Assembly (NCBI GenBank): GCA_031416355.1
Contig: JANOTM010000151.1
Coordinates: forward strand, 1-37,853
Origin: Gammaproteobacteria bacterium
Lineage (GTDB): Bacteria; Pseudomonadota; Gammaproteobacteria; Acidiferrobacterales; UBA6901
Direction of reading: 5' to 3'
DNA length: 37,853 bases
Made by a program: the position numbers and the translations under genes. Below the pieces are notes generated by a model. It had not been told where the DNA came from and ran no database searches. It saw only the letters and a list, made by a program, of their open reading frames with translations. This document shows, piece after piece, positions 9,654-17,445 of this stretch (position 1 is the stretch's first letter; every line of letters starts with the position of its first letter).

Positions 9654-10157
9654 ATGAATCCTAGTCCACGTTATAAAGTCGGGGACACGGTATTTTATCC
9701 GTCCGCCGGTGTCGGGGTGATAGAGTCCATCGAAGACATTTTCTTAACCGGGCAAAGCGAACGCTGTTTTGTCATTCGTATTCATGAATCCCAGGTCACC
9801 ATCAAGGTGCCGCAAATGAATATGACCAAAAACGGCATTCGTCCCCTGCTCGAAGGCAAAAAAATCAAAGAGCTTTTTAAGGTCCTGGCTGCCGCCTGTC
9901 AACGGCGCGCCACCGGCAACCTAACGGAACGCTGCAAGGGCATCGCCCACAAGATCAACGCCGGTTCGCCCATAGAGCTAGGCGAAGTGGTCCGCGACCT
10001 GACCCATTGGAAGGTCATCTCGGGCTTATCGTTCGATGAAACCCGGTTACTCGAAACCGCCAGCAATTACCTGTCCCGGGAATTGGCGAGTGTAGAAGGC
10101 ATTTCCCAAGAAGACGCCTATCAACGTATCCGTAGCCAGATCGAGGTCAGCGTTTAG
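9654..10157 (+). CDS. carD: CarD/CdnL family RNA-polymerase-binding transcription factor
   Basis: 167 aa. The N-terminal Tudor-like segment YKVGDTVFYPSAGVGVIESIED is typical of CarD_CdnL_TRCF domains. AGGTG lies 5 nt before the ATG. Confidence 0.85.
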   Translation: MNPSPRYKVGDTVFYPSAGVGVIESIEDIFLTGQSERCFVIRIHESQVTIKVPQMNMTKNGIRPLLEGKKIKELFKVLAAACQRRATGNLTERCKGIAHKINAGSPIELGEVVRDLTHWKVISGLSFDETRLLETASNYLSRELASVEGISQEDAYQRIRSQIEVSV

Positions 10158-10190
10158 TCTCGGGCTGCGGTCGCCCCATTGAGTTCGCCC

Positions 10191-10925
10191 ATGTTCACCC
10201 CGCGGACACGCCCGCCGGAGGCCGCCCTATGGGGCCTGGTGCCCGCCGCAGGCACGGGGGCACGCATGCATGCCGGTCGCCCCAAACAATATCTCCACCT
10301 TATGAATCGCCCGATTCTACAGCTTACCCTGGAGCGTCTCGGTAGTTATATGCCACTACAGGGCATCGTCGTGGGCATCGCCCCAGATGATACTTATTGG
10401 ACTACGCTGCCGCAGGACCTGCCCAAGGTAAGGGGAACCTTCCCCGGCGGTCGCGAACGTGCCCATACGGTCTTAAATGGCCTGAGCGCCTTGCTCCAGC
10501 ACCACGCCGCGCCTGACGATTGGGTGCTGGTACATGATGCGGTGCGCCCGTGCGTGCGCCATGCGGACATAGACAAACTGCTCCATAGCGTAGACCGACA
10601 CCCGGATGGCGGGCTGCTGGGCCTGCCGCTGACCGATACGGTAAAGCGCGTGGACGCGGCGGAGCGGGTGTTGGGTACGGCACCGCGAACGGAATTGTGG
10701 CGCGCCCTGACACCGCAAGTGTTTCCCATCACGCGCTTAAAACTCGCCTTGGAAGCGGCGGTGAAGCAGGGCCAGCCCGTTACCGACGAGGCCACCGCCA
10801 TTGAACTCGCCGGTGGGCATCCGCGCATGGTCGCGGGCCACGCGGACAATATCAAGATCACCCTGCCGGCGGATCTGGCGTTGGCGGAAATCTACCTCAA
10901 GCAACAGGCACAGGAACCAGACTGA
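10191..10925 (+). CDS. ispD: 2-C-methyl-D-erythritol 4-phosphate cytidylyltransferase
   Basis: The ORF opens at TTG 10179 and the first ATG is at 10191. It has the motif [11 protein letters not shown] and VHDAVRPC, and is translationally coupled to ispF by an ATGA overlap. Confidence 0.9.
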   Translation: MFTPRTRPPEAALWGLVPAAGTGARMHAGRPKQYLHLMNRPILQLTLERLGSYMPLQGIVVGIAPDDTYWTTLPQDLPKVRGTFPGGRERAHTVLNGLSALLQHHAAPDDWVLVHDAVRPCVRHADIDKLLHSVDRHPDGGLLGLPLTDTVKRVDAAERVLGTAPRTELWRALTPQVFPITRLKLALEAAVKQGQPVTDEATAIELAGGHPRMVAGHADNIKITLPADLALAEIYLKQQAQEPD

Positions 10926-11404
10926 TGCGCATCGGCCACGGTTATGACGTGCACACCTTGGTGCCCGGACGTCCCCTGATTTTGGGTGGCGTGAAAATTC
11001 CTCACCCCAAAGGCCTGCTCGGACATTCCGATGCGGATGTATTGATTCATGCGGTGTGCGATGCCTGTCTCGGCGCCGCCGGGCTCGGCGATATCGGCCG
11101 GCACTTTCCTGATACCGATGCCCAATACAAGAACATCGACAGCCGTATTTTGTTGCGCACGGTGTGCGTCAACCTCAAACAGCGCCAACTACGCGTGGAG
11201 AATCTCGACGCCACCCTCATCGCCCAGGCGCCGAAGTTAGCGGAACATCTACCGGCCATGGTACGCAATATCGCCATGGATCTCGAGATTGAACCAAGCC
11301 AAGTGAACATCAAGGCCACGACTACCGAAAAACTTGGCTACGCCGGACGCGAGGAAGGCATAGGCGCGCACGCAGTGGTACTGCTCAGCAGCACAGTGGT
11401 ATAA
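10925..11404 (+). CDS. ispF: 2-C-methyl-D-erythritol 2,4-cyclodiphosphate synthase
   Basis: 159 aa with RIGHGYDVH and [11 protein letters not shown] zinc-ligand motifs and [15 protein letters not shown]. Confidence 0.95.
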   Translation: MRIGHGYDVHTLVPGRPLILGGVKIPHPKGLLGHSDADVLIHAVCDACLGAAGLGDIGRHFPDTDAQYKNIDSRILLRTVCVNLKQRQLRVENLDATLIAQAPKLAEHLPAMVRNIAMDLEIEPSQVNIKATTTEKLGYAGREEGIGAHAVVLLSSTVV

Positions 11405-11435
11405 ATACCAACGACACACCCACCACGAGAACCCC

Positions 11436-11909
11436 ATGACCAACATTGATTACCTCATCCCCAAGAACAAGCGTGCAGTGTGGACGCCAGAACTGGAAAT
11501 ACTCGAAACCTATGCCGACGCCATGATCGAAATTCCTTTACTAGGCTGGGTAGCGGCCGGACAACCGGTGGATCTTAACGACGATCACGGCCGGGTGTCG
11601 GTACCCGCCAACATGGTGCGCAAGAACACCTATGCCTTGCGCGTGCGCGGCCACTCCATGATCGACGACAATATTCAGGACGGCGACATCATCGTCATCG
11701 AAAAGCGCGAAACCGCCCACAACGGCCAGTCGGTCGTGGCCATGATCAACGGCGAGCAGGTTACCCTAAAGAAATTTTATGTAGAAGCCGATGGCATACG
11801 CCTGCAGCCGGCCAATCCCGGCATGGCGCCGATACGATTGAAGAACGAAGAAGTACAGATACTGGGGATAGTGACGGGTGTCATTCGCATGGCGGAAGAA
11901 CCGCGTTAG
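11436..11909 (+). CDS. S24 peptidase, LexA/UmuD-like, without a DNA-binding domain
   Basis: 157 aa with a LexA-type cleavage region IPLLGWVAAGQP, a catalytic Ser context VRGHSMID and a Lys context VTLKKF. Only about 39 aa precede the Ala-Gly site, and ispF ends 31 nt upstream, so there is no room for a winged HTH. Confidence 0.75.
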   Translation: MTNIDYLIPKNKRAVWTPELEILETYADAMIEIPLLGWVAAGQPVDLNDDHGRVSVPANMVRKNTYALRVRGHSMIDDNIQDGDIIVIEKRETAHNGQSVVAMINGEQVTLKKFYVEADGIRLQPANPGMAPIRLKNEEVQILGIVTGVIRMAEEPR

Positions 11910-12028
11910 GTTCTTGACGTAATGACCATGCGGCGCAATTCGCTTCGTCATTGGCGCCCTACGGAGTGCGCCTTACCGCGCCGGGTGCTGGGTTTGCCGG
12001 GTTGTGCTGTATTGCGGCTCACATAAGT

Positions 12029-12301
12029 TTAAGCAATACGGCGGGATTTGCCGCGCCCGCTTGAGCGCGTAGTTAGGCGCACGGTAGCTTCGGCAACGCG
12101 TAACAAATTACGTAGTGCCTCGTTAACTGCTTGCGAGCTTTTAAAATTCTCGGCAACGTCTGGATCAAGAACGATAACGTTCGTGCTCGACATCAGACGC
12201 TTGTAGTATTTTCCCCGTACGGCTTTGGAGAAGTCGTACTCGGCCCGCATTTCATCATCTCGGACCTTATGGGACTTAGCCTTCGTAATCTTTTCTTTCA
12301 T
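12029..12301 (-). CDS. BrnA-like (DUF4415-type) antitoxin
   Basis: 90 aa. The motif DDEMRAEYDFSKAVRGKY followed by VIVLDPDVAENFKSSQAVNEALRNLL is the pattern of antitoxins paired with BrnT/DUF497 toxins. Confidence 0.65.
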   Translation of the reverse strand: MKEKITKAKSHKVRDDEMRAEYDFSKAVRGKYYKRLMSSTNVIVLDPDVAENFKSSQAVNEALRNLLRVAEATVRLTTRSSGRGKSRRIA

Positions 12302-12413
12302 GTCGAGTTACCTCTCTGGCGCTAATGATACGAATAATATCATCGTCGTCGGTGTGGGAAACTGTGGGTCGGGGTCGGACCTGTGCAATCGTATGAATTA
12401 TCTGCCATTGCAT
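12276..12413 (-). pseudogene. truncated BrnT (DUF497) toxin remnant
   Basis: My own translation of the minus strand gives ...VSHTDDDDIIRIISAREVTRHERKDYEG*. This matches the conserved BrnT C-terminus (..IRIISARkaTrkErk.Ye). Its stop overlaps the brnA start. An in-frame TGA lies just upstream at about 12432-12434, so only about 45 codons remain of a normal length near 90. Confidence 0.6.
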
Positions 12414-12505
12414 TCGATATGCAGGCCGCCCTCAGCGCTTAGAGTTGTCTTTTTGGCTGTCGAATCGGCAAGTTTAAGTAGACGATCTGCGCGCGCCGGT
12501 TCAGC

Positions 12506-12931
12506 TCAACGTTGCGCGCGCCCAGTTTCGTACAGCGTTCGCATCAGGGCGGTATACATCTTGAGTTCCGCCGCGAGCCGGTCGTAGTCGCGTTTCGAAA
12601 GAGAGTGCTGTAACGCCGCCGCGGCGCGTTCGCGCGCGCTCGCCGCCGCGACTGCGTCCAGATCGCCGGCGCGAACCGCAGTATCGGCCAGCACCGTGAC
12701 GCAATAGGGCTGTACCTCGACGAAGCCGCCCGAGACCCAGATCATCTCTATGTCGTCCGGGAAGTTACGGATCACCCGCGCCACGCCGGGCCGCAGGCGC
12801 GCGAGCAGCGGCGCGTGCCCCGGCAGTATGCCCATCTCACCGATCTCGCCCGGCACGAACACCCGGCGCGCGCCGCCTGAAAACAACGTGGCTTCCGTGC
12901 TTACGATATCGACGTGCAGATTTCGCGGCAT
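12506..12931 (-). CDS. atpC: F-type ATP synthase epsilon subunit, orphan copy
   Basis: 141 aa, colinear with E. coli AtpC (HVDIVSTEATLFSG, GILPGHAPLL, SGGFVEVQP, VTVLADTA). No atpD or other atp gene lies upstream, and 12932-13449 is noncoding. Confidence 0.85.
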   Translation of the reverse strand: MPRNLHVDIVSTEATLFSGGARRVFVPGEIGEMGILPGHAPLLARLRPGVARVIRNFPDDIEMIWVSGGFVEVQPYCVTVLADTAVRAGDLDAVAAASARERAAAALQHSLSKRDYDRLAAELKMYTALMRTLYETGRAQR

Positions 12932-13184
12932 GGACCGCCGAGCTTCAAAAACGATATGCGAATGATCGGGTTAGCGCGTGGGCGGTGTACGCCGGGTGTG
13001 GGGTCTCGCGCCAGAGCCCGGCTCCCGAGGCGTACTGCGCTCGGTCGCCCAACGACCGCCACTGCTTCATGAGCTGTGTGTCCACGTGCGCGCCCGGTAA
13101 TAGGGGTTATTCTCACCCGCGCCGTCTCGACTCGGCGCGGCAATATACGCGCTCACATCATACGCCGGCCGCGCGCGGGCGATA

Positions 13185-13198
13185 TTGATACATATCAA
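13185..13198. promoter_or_regulatory. perfect FNR/ANR/FixK-type box TTGAT-ACAT-ATCAA
   Basis: Exact match to the TTGAT-N4-ATCAA consensus. It lies in the divergent spacer between atpC and the first cytochrome gene. A TAAAAA -10-like hexamer at 13223-13228 fits class II spacing. Confidence 0.6.
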
Positions 13199-13301
13199 GT
13201 CCTACACGCGCGTTTCAGATCGTAAAAAACACATCCGCATCAACGGATTGAACGCGGCGTTATTGCTTGCCCTATGGCGTCTCCCGGAATTTCCTCCGCA
13301 T

Positions 13302-13315
13302 TTGATTTAGATCAA
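13302..13315. promoter_or_regulatory. perfect FNR/ANR/FixK-type box TTGAT-TTAG-ATCAA
   Basis: Exact consensus match, centred 141 nt upstream of the ATG at 13450 and 117 bp from the first box. Confidence 0.6.
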
Positions 13316-13449
13316 GGCACTATGCCCTTTTTTGGAGGAAAAGGAGCAGTGGGGTTCGCTTCGCGGTTCTGGATAAAGTCGATCGTGAGGAAGGCGGTAG
13401 CGGATCGCTGGATGCCAGGTTTGTCCCTAACTAAAGTAAGGAGGCAACA

Positions 13450-14130
13450 ATGAGAACGCCTACAAGAAGCACCACGTTTCTGAGTCGTTTTGCAGCAGTT
13501 GGGGGCGCGTCTCTGCTTATAGCAAGCGCGCAGGCGGGGACCATCGTCGGGTCGCCGCACGATTTTTCCACGACGGGCTGGGCTGGCGGGCAGATCTGCG
13601 TGGCCTGCCACACGCCCCATAACGCCAACGTCACGGTGACCGATGCGCCGCTGTGGAATCACGCCCTGACGACCAAGACATATGCGCTTTATACCTCCCC
13701 CACGTTAAATGCCGCCACCGGCCAACCGGGCGGGGCATCCAAACTTTGCTTGTCGTGCCATGACGGCACGGTCGCTATCGACAGCTTCGGCGGCACCACC
13801 GGGACTAACCTGATGGGCGGCAGCGATGCCGTCGGCCGCGGGCCAGCCGATCTGACCGACGATCACCCGATCTCCATCACCTATAACACGGCGTTGGCGA
13901 CGGCGGATGGCGGTCTGTACGACCCGGCTACCCGGACCGTCGCGATCGGTTCCGGCACGCAGACGCGGACCGGTACGGTGGCGGCCACCTTGCTGTACAA
14001 TGGGCAGCTGCAGTGCGCGTCGTGCCACGACGTGCACAACACCTTCACCGTCGGCGGCATCAACGGCGAGCCGCTCCTCAAGGTCAGCAAGGCCGGCAGC
14101 GCTTTGTGTCTAACTTGTCACAATAAATAA
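13450..14130 (+). CDS. tetrahaem c-type cytochrome, exported
   Basis: 226 aa with signal peptide ...LLIASAQA and four CXXCH motifs (CVACH, CLSCH, CASCH, CLTCH). SPHDFS...CxxCHTPHN resembles the doubled-CXXCH domain type. A strong SD AAGGAGG lies 5 nt before the ATG. Confidence 0.9.
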   Translation: MRTPTRSTTFLSRFAAVGGASLLIASAQAGTIVGSPHDFSTTGWAGGQICVACHTPHNANVTVTDAPLWNHALTTKTYALYTSPTLNAATGQPGGASKLCLSCHDGTVAIDSFGGTTGTNLMGGSDAVGRGPADLTDDHPISITYNTALATADGGLYDPATRTVAIGSGTQTRTGTVAATLLYNGQLQCASCHDVHNTFTVGGINGEPLLKVSKAGSALCLTCHNK

Positions 14131-14153
14131 AACCAAAGGCTCGACCCCAAAAC

Positions 14154-14172
14154 CCCTGGCGCAACGCCAGGG
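14154..14172 (+). other. intercistronic GC hairpin (ccctggcg-caa-cgccaggg)
   Basis: 8-bp perfect stem with a 3-nt loop, 24 nt after the tetrahaem gene stop. No U-tract follows. Confidence 0.5.
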
Positions 14173-14218
14173 CTGGGGCAGAAATGGGGTAAAATCCGCG
14201 AGCGGAAAGGAGGTCGGT

Positions 14219-15373
14219 ATGCCGTTGCGGCTGGGGTGGTTTTACGCCCGTATCAGAATGAACGCCATCGCACCCGCTGTGGTATGTGCAGGCGCCGTGG
14301 CGATCGCCCTGTTGACCGGTTGCGCCACCACCCCTATAACCCGGAGCGCGGCCGCACCGGTCTTCTATCCGCCACTGCCTAACCCACCGCGCATTCAATA
14401 TCTCACGACGTTCTCGTCCGCGCGCGATTTGGCGCACAAACCCGGCGCATTCGCCGAGTTCATCTTCGGCAAGGAGACCGCCGACACCCAGGGCGTTAAA
14501 AAGCCCTACGGTGTAGCGTTGCACGACGGCAAGATCTACGTGGTCGACACACGTGGGCCGGGTTATGCGATCTTTGATCTCGTCAACCGGCGCTTCGAGA
14601 CCGTATCCGGCAGCGGCGGTGGCAAGATGCAAAAGCCGATCAACATTACCGTCGATCACGACGGCACCAAATACGTCACCGACACCGGTCGCGATCAGGT
14701 GCTGGTCTACGACCGCGATAACCGCTACCTGCGCGCCTACGGCGTGCAGGGGCAGTTCAAGCCGGGCGACGTGGCGATCGCGGGCGACCGGCTTTACATC
14801 ACTGACCTCAGTCACCACGCGATCGAGGTGCTCGATAAAGACTCGGGCAAGACGTTATTCAAGTTCGGCGCGACCGGTTCGAAGGACGGCGAGCTGTATC
14901 ACCCGACCAATCTCGCGCTCGCCGGTGGATATCTATATGTCGCCGACACCGGCAATTACCGTATTCAGAAATATACACTCGACGGTACGTTCGTGCGCAG
15001 CTACGGGCAGATTGGCAGCGGCCTCGGTCAGTTCGCGCGCCCGAAGGGGGTGGCGCTCGATGCGGACGGGCGCATGTACGTCGTCGATGCCGCGTTCGAG
15101 AACATCCAGGTGTTCGACGCCGATGGCATGCTGCTGCTCTTCTTCGGCGAGCCGGGCGACCGTCCGGAAAACATCAATCTGCCGACCAAGGTGACGATCG
15201 ATTCGGCGCACGTCGCGTTGTTCCAGCGCTACGCCGACCCGAAGTTCAAGCTCGAATACGTGATCCTGGTGGCGAGTCAGTTCGGAGCCAACAAAGTGAA
15301 CGCCTTCGGCATCGGCAAGATGGACGACATGGACTACGCCATCACGGAGCGGACCGAGCGAGAGCAGCGATGA
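14219..15373 (+). CDS. NHL-repeat beta-propeller lipoprotein (paralog 1)
   Basis: 384 aa. AGGAGG lies 5 nt before ATG 14219, and ATG 14258 is an alternative start. It has a lipobox ALLTGC. Repeated NHL-type blades include YGVALHDGKIYVVDT, LYHPTNLALAGGYLYVADTGNYRIQKY and FARPKGVALDADGRMYVVDAAFENIQVFD. Confidence 0.85.
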   Translation: MPLRLGWFYARIRMNAIAPAVVCAGAVAIALLTGCATTPITRSAAAPVFYPPLPNPPRIQYLTTFSSARDLAHKPGAFAEFIFGKETADTQGVKKPYGVALHDGKIYVVDTRGPGYAIFDLVNRRFETVSGSGGGKMQKPINITVDHDGTKYVTDTGRDQVLVYDRDNRYLRAYGVQGQFKPGDVAIAGDRLYITDLSHHAIEVLDKDSGKTLFKFGATGSKDGELYHPTNLALAGGYLYVADTGNYRIQKYTLDGTFVRSYGQIGSGLGQFARPKGVALDADGRMYVVDAAFENIQVFDADGMLLLFFGEPGDRPENINLPTKVTIDSAHVALFQRYADPKFKLEYVILVASQFGANKVNAFGIGKMDDMDYAITERTEREQR

Positions 15374-15385
15374 CACCGGTGCATA

Positions 15386-17443
15386 ATGCTGCAGACGCGT
15401 GGTAACCGAAATGATGCAATGCAAGGAAAATCATGTTCAGGCACAGCATCGATCCGATGCGGCTGGCGCGGGCCGGGGCTGATCGCCCTGGCCGCCTGCA
15501 TGCCCGCATTCGCGCTCGGCCAGGAGCCGGAGATCGCACCGTTTCGCCTCACCAGTATCGAGGGCTATATGGCGCTGCGCTACGCCGAGGATGAGCAGCG
15601 GCTCGGTTCGACCGGCGGCGTCGCGCGCGAGCGGCGTTCGACCTGGGAAGAGGAGGTGTTCGTGCAGACTCGAAGCTACATCTACCACCCGAACTTTCTT
15701 AAGTTCGACCTGGGGGCCGGTCCGCTGTTTGCGCAAAATCGTTTCGAATCCGACGCGGGTAGCAGCCGTTCCAACGACGGGCTCTACAACCTGACCGCGC
15801 GCGCGAGTTTTCTGGAGCAGAAGCCATATCCGTTCGCGCTGTACTACGAGCACCTGAATCCGTCGGTCTCCGTCGGCCTCACCCAGACTTTTCGCCAGGA
15901 AAACGACAAGTACGGTTTCAACCTTGCGTTGCGCCAGCCGCTGACGCCGATACTATTGACACTCGATGCCTTCCGGCTGACGACCAAAGGTGAAGGTTTT
16001 GATATCATCGTGGACGACACTATCGATCAGGCGACGCTGCGGGCGCATCAGTCGTTCGGCGCGGGCAACTACAACCAGCTCATGTTCCAGACCACGCACC
16101 AGGAATCCTTGAGCGGCAGCCCGAATCTACCGATCCAGCCAACCACCACCGATACCGATTTGTGGAATCTCGACTCGCGCGCCACGTTCGGCGCGCAGCG
16201 GCAGTTTCTGCTCACGAACATCGTTTCCTACACCACGCAGAACTACACCCTCGGGAGCGAGACGCCAGCACGGCGCGACCTGCGCGTCAGCCCGGACCTG
16301 CGCTGGGAACATTCGCCGGCGCTGTATTCATTCTATCGGGTCAATCTACTGCAGAGCGAAGAACGCCAGCTCGAGACACTGCACCGTTCCGCGGTGGCGG
16401 GTCTGGCGCATCGCCCCGACGACCGCTGGTTCACCACCACCGACGTGCATGCCGAACGCTTCGATGCTACCGGGTTCACGCAGCACACCGATGGCGTCGC
16501 CGGGTCCATCAGCTACCGTCGCCCGATCCCCGTCGGCAGCCTGCAGCTGAGCTACGCCGCGCGCTACGACCTAAAGGACCGCGACGCCCCAGCGGTGCAG
16601 GTCGCGATCTTCGGCGAGCGCATCACGCTTGCCGACGCGATCGCGGTAACGCTCGCCAACGACTTCATCGTGCCCGGGACCATCGTCGTGAGGAATCTTA
16701 CGCGCACGCAAATCTACGCCGAAGGTCTGGACTACCGCGTCATCGCGATCGGCGCCAAGACTCAAATTCAGCGATTGGTGGCGGGCAATATCCTCGACGG
16801 CCAAGAGGTGCTCGTGGACTACGCCTACCAGACCGGCGGTTCGGTTGCGTACGCGACGTTCGACCAGAATCTCCAGACGAACCTTGCGTTGTTTCGCTAC
16901 TACAATTTGTTTGCACGTTACCGCGACGTCGCGCAGGACGTGCGCTCGGGTGTGCCGACACTACCGCTCAATCCCGGGCGCAACACGTTATACGGCGCGC
17001 GCGCCGACGTACCGGTGTGGCGCGAGTGGATGGTGGGCGGCGAGGTGACGCGCGAGGAACAGAGCGAGGATATCTCACCCTACATGCGGCGCAGCATCGA
17101 CACTTACGTACAGTTACTGCTGCCGTATGCAAGCACGTTGCGCGTCGCCGGCCGGCGCGTCGTGGCTGACAACCTCAACTCGCCCGAGGACGTGGACCTG
17201 CGCGGATACAGCGTTCTGCTGCGCGCGCGCCCGGGTTTTCGTGCGACACTGGTCGCCGAAGCGAACGTCGACAAGGACATCGGCGGCACGATACCACGCG
17301 AGTTCCAGTCGCGCGTCCTGGCGGCGGAATGGCGCTACCGGCAGTTGAGTTTGCGTGCCGAGGCGCGTTCCGCGCGCGAGGTGCAGGGCGGGTTCGAGCG
17401 CGAACGCAGGTTGATCCGCGTGCAGGCGCGGCGGGATTTTTGA
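15386..17443 (+). CDS. predicted outer-membrane beta-barrel porin
   Basis: 685 aa with signal peptide (GLIALAACMPAFALG). It shows a long run of alternating hydrophobic/polar strands rich in Y, R, N, G and T, and has no CXXCH. The C-terminus ...VQARRDF ends in Phe as in OMP barrels. The start is uncertain (15386 or 15419). Confidence 0.65.
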   Translation: MLQTRGNRNDAMQGKSCSGTASIRCGWRGPGLIALAACMPAFALGQEPEIAPFRLTSIEGYMALRYAEDEQRLGSTGGVARERRSTWEEEVFVQTRSYIYHPNFLKFDLGAGPLFAQNRFESDAGSSRSNDGLYNLTARASFLEQKPYPFALYYEHLNPSVSVGLTQTFRQENDKYGFNLALRQPLTPILLTLDAFRLTTKGEGFDIIVDDTIDQATLRAHQSFGAGNYNQLMFQTTHQESLSGSPNLPIQPTTTDTDLWNLDSRATFGAQRQFLLTNIVSYTTQNYTLGSETPARRDLRVSPDLRWEHSPALYSFYRVNLLQSEERQLETLHRSAVAGLAHRPDDRWFTTTDVHAERFDATGFTQHTDGVAGSISYRRPIPVGSLQLSYAARYDLKDRDAPAVQVAIFGERITLADAIAVTLANDFIVPGTIVVRNLTRTQIYAEGLDYRVIAIGAKTQIQRLVAGNILDGQEVLVDYAYQTGGSVAYATFDQNLQTNLALFRYYNLFARYRDVAQDVRSGVPTLPLNPGRNTLYGARADVPVWREWMVGGEVTREEQSEDISPYMRRSIDTYVQLLLPYASTLRVAGRRVVADNLNSPEDVDLRGYSVLLRARPGFRATLVAEANVDKDIGGTIPREFQSRVLAAEWRYRQLSLRAEARSAREVQGGFERERRLIRVQARRDF

Positions 17444-17445
17444 CG

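Noticed and set aside
12469-12481. A possible att-like direct repeat flanking the GC-rich segment: aagtttaagtag at about 12469-12481 against aagcttaagtag at about 29075-29087, an 11 of 13 match.
   Set aside because: My rough estimate is that a match of this quality is expected by chance about once when comparing two border zones of a few hundred bp. There is also no integrase or tRNA to support a site-specific insertion.
12932-13449. A remnant of atpD upstream of the orphan atpC.
   Set aside because: Translations of all minus-strand frames here, for example the 80-aa ORF at 12901-13143, show nothing like the conserved AtpD C-terminus. The region looks noncoding.
14084-14818. Long antisense or out-of-frame ORFs throughout the GC-rich segment, including 14084-14818 (-), 16162-17169 (+), 17692-18510 (-), 18738-19622 (-), 20296-20943 (-), 21050-22273 (-), 22526-23365 (-), 24467-25135 (-), 25677-26495 (+), 26050-27369 (-) and 27735-28613 (+).
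   Set aside because: They overlap ORFs with unmistakable family signatures (NHL blades, CXXCH arrays, cytochrome b). Their translations are Arg/Ala/Gly/Pro-rich low-complexity strings typical of stop-poor shadow frames in high-GC DNA. None has a plausible SD or signal sequence.
15386-17443. Assigning the 685-aa barrel to the MtrB/PioB family.
   Set aside because: Its size is compatible, but I could not recognise family-specific motifs by eye, and the neighbouring cytochromes are not MtrA/MtrC-like decahaems. I kept the call generic (predicted outer-membrane beta-barrel).
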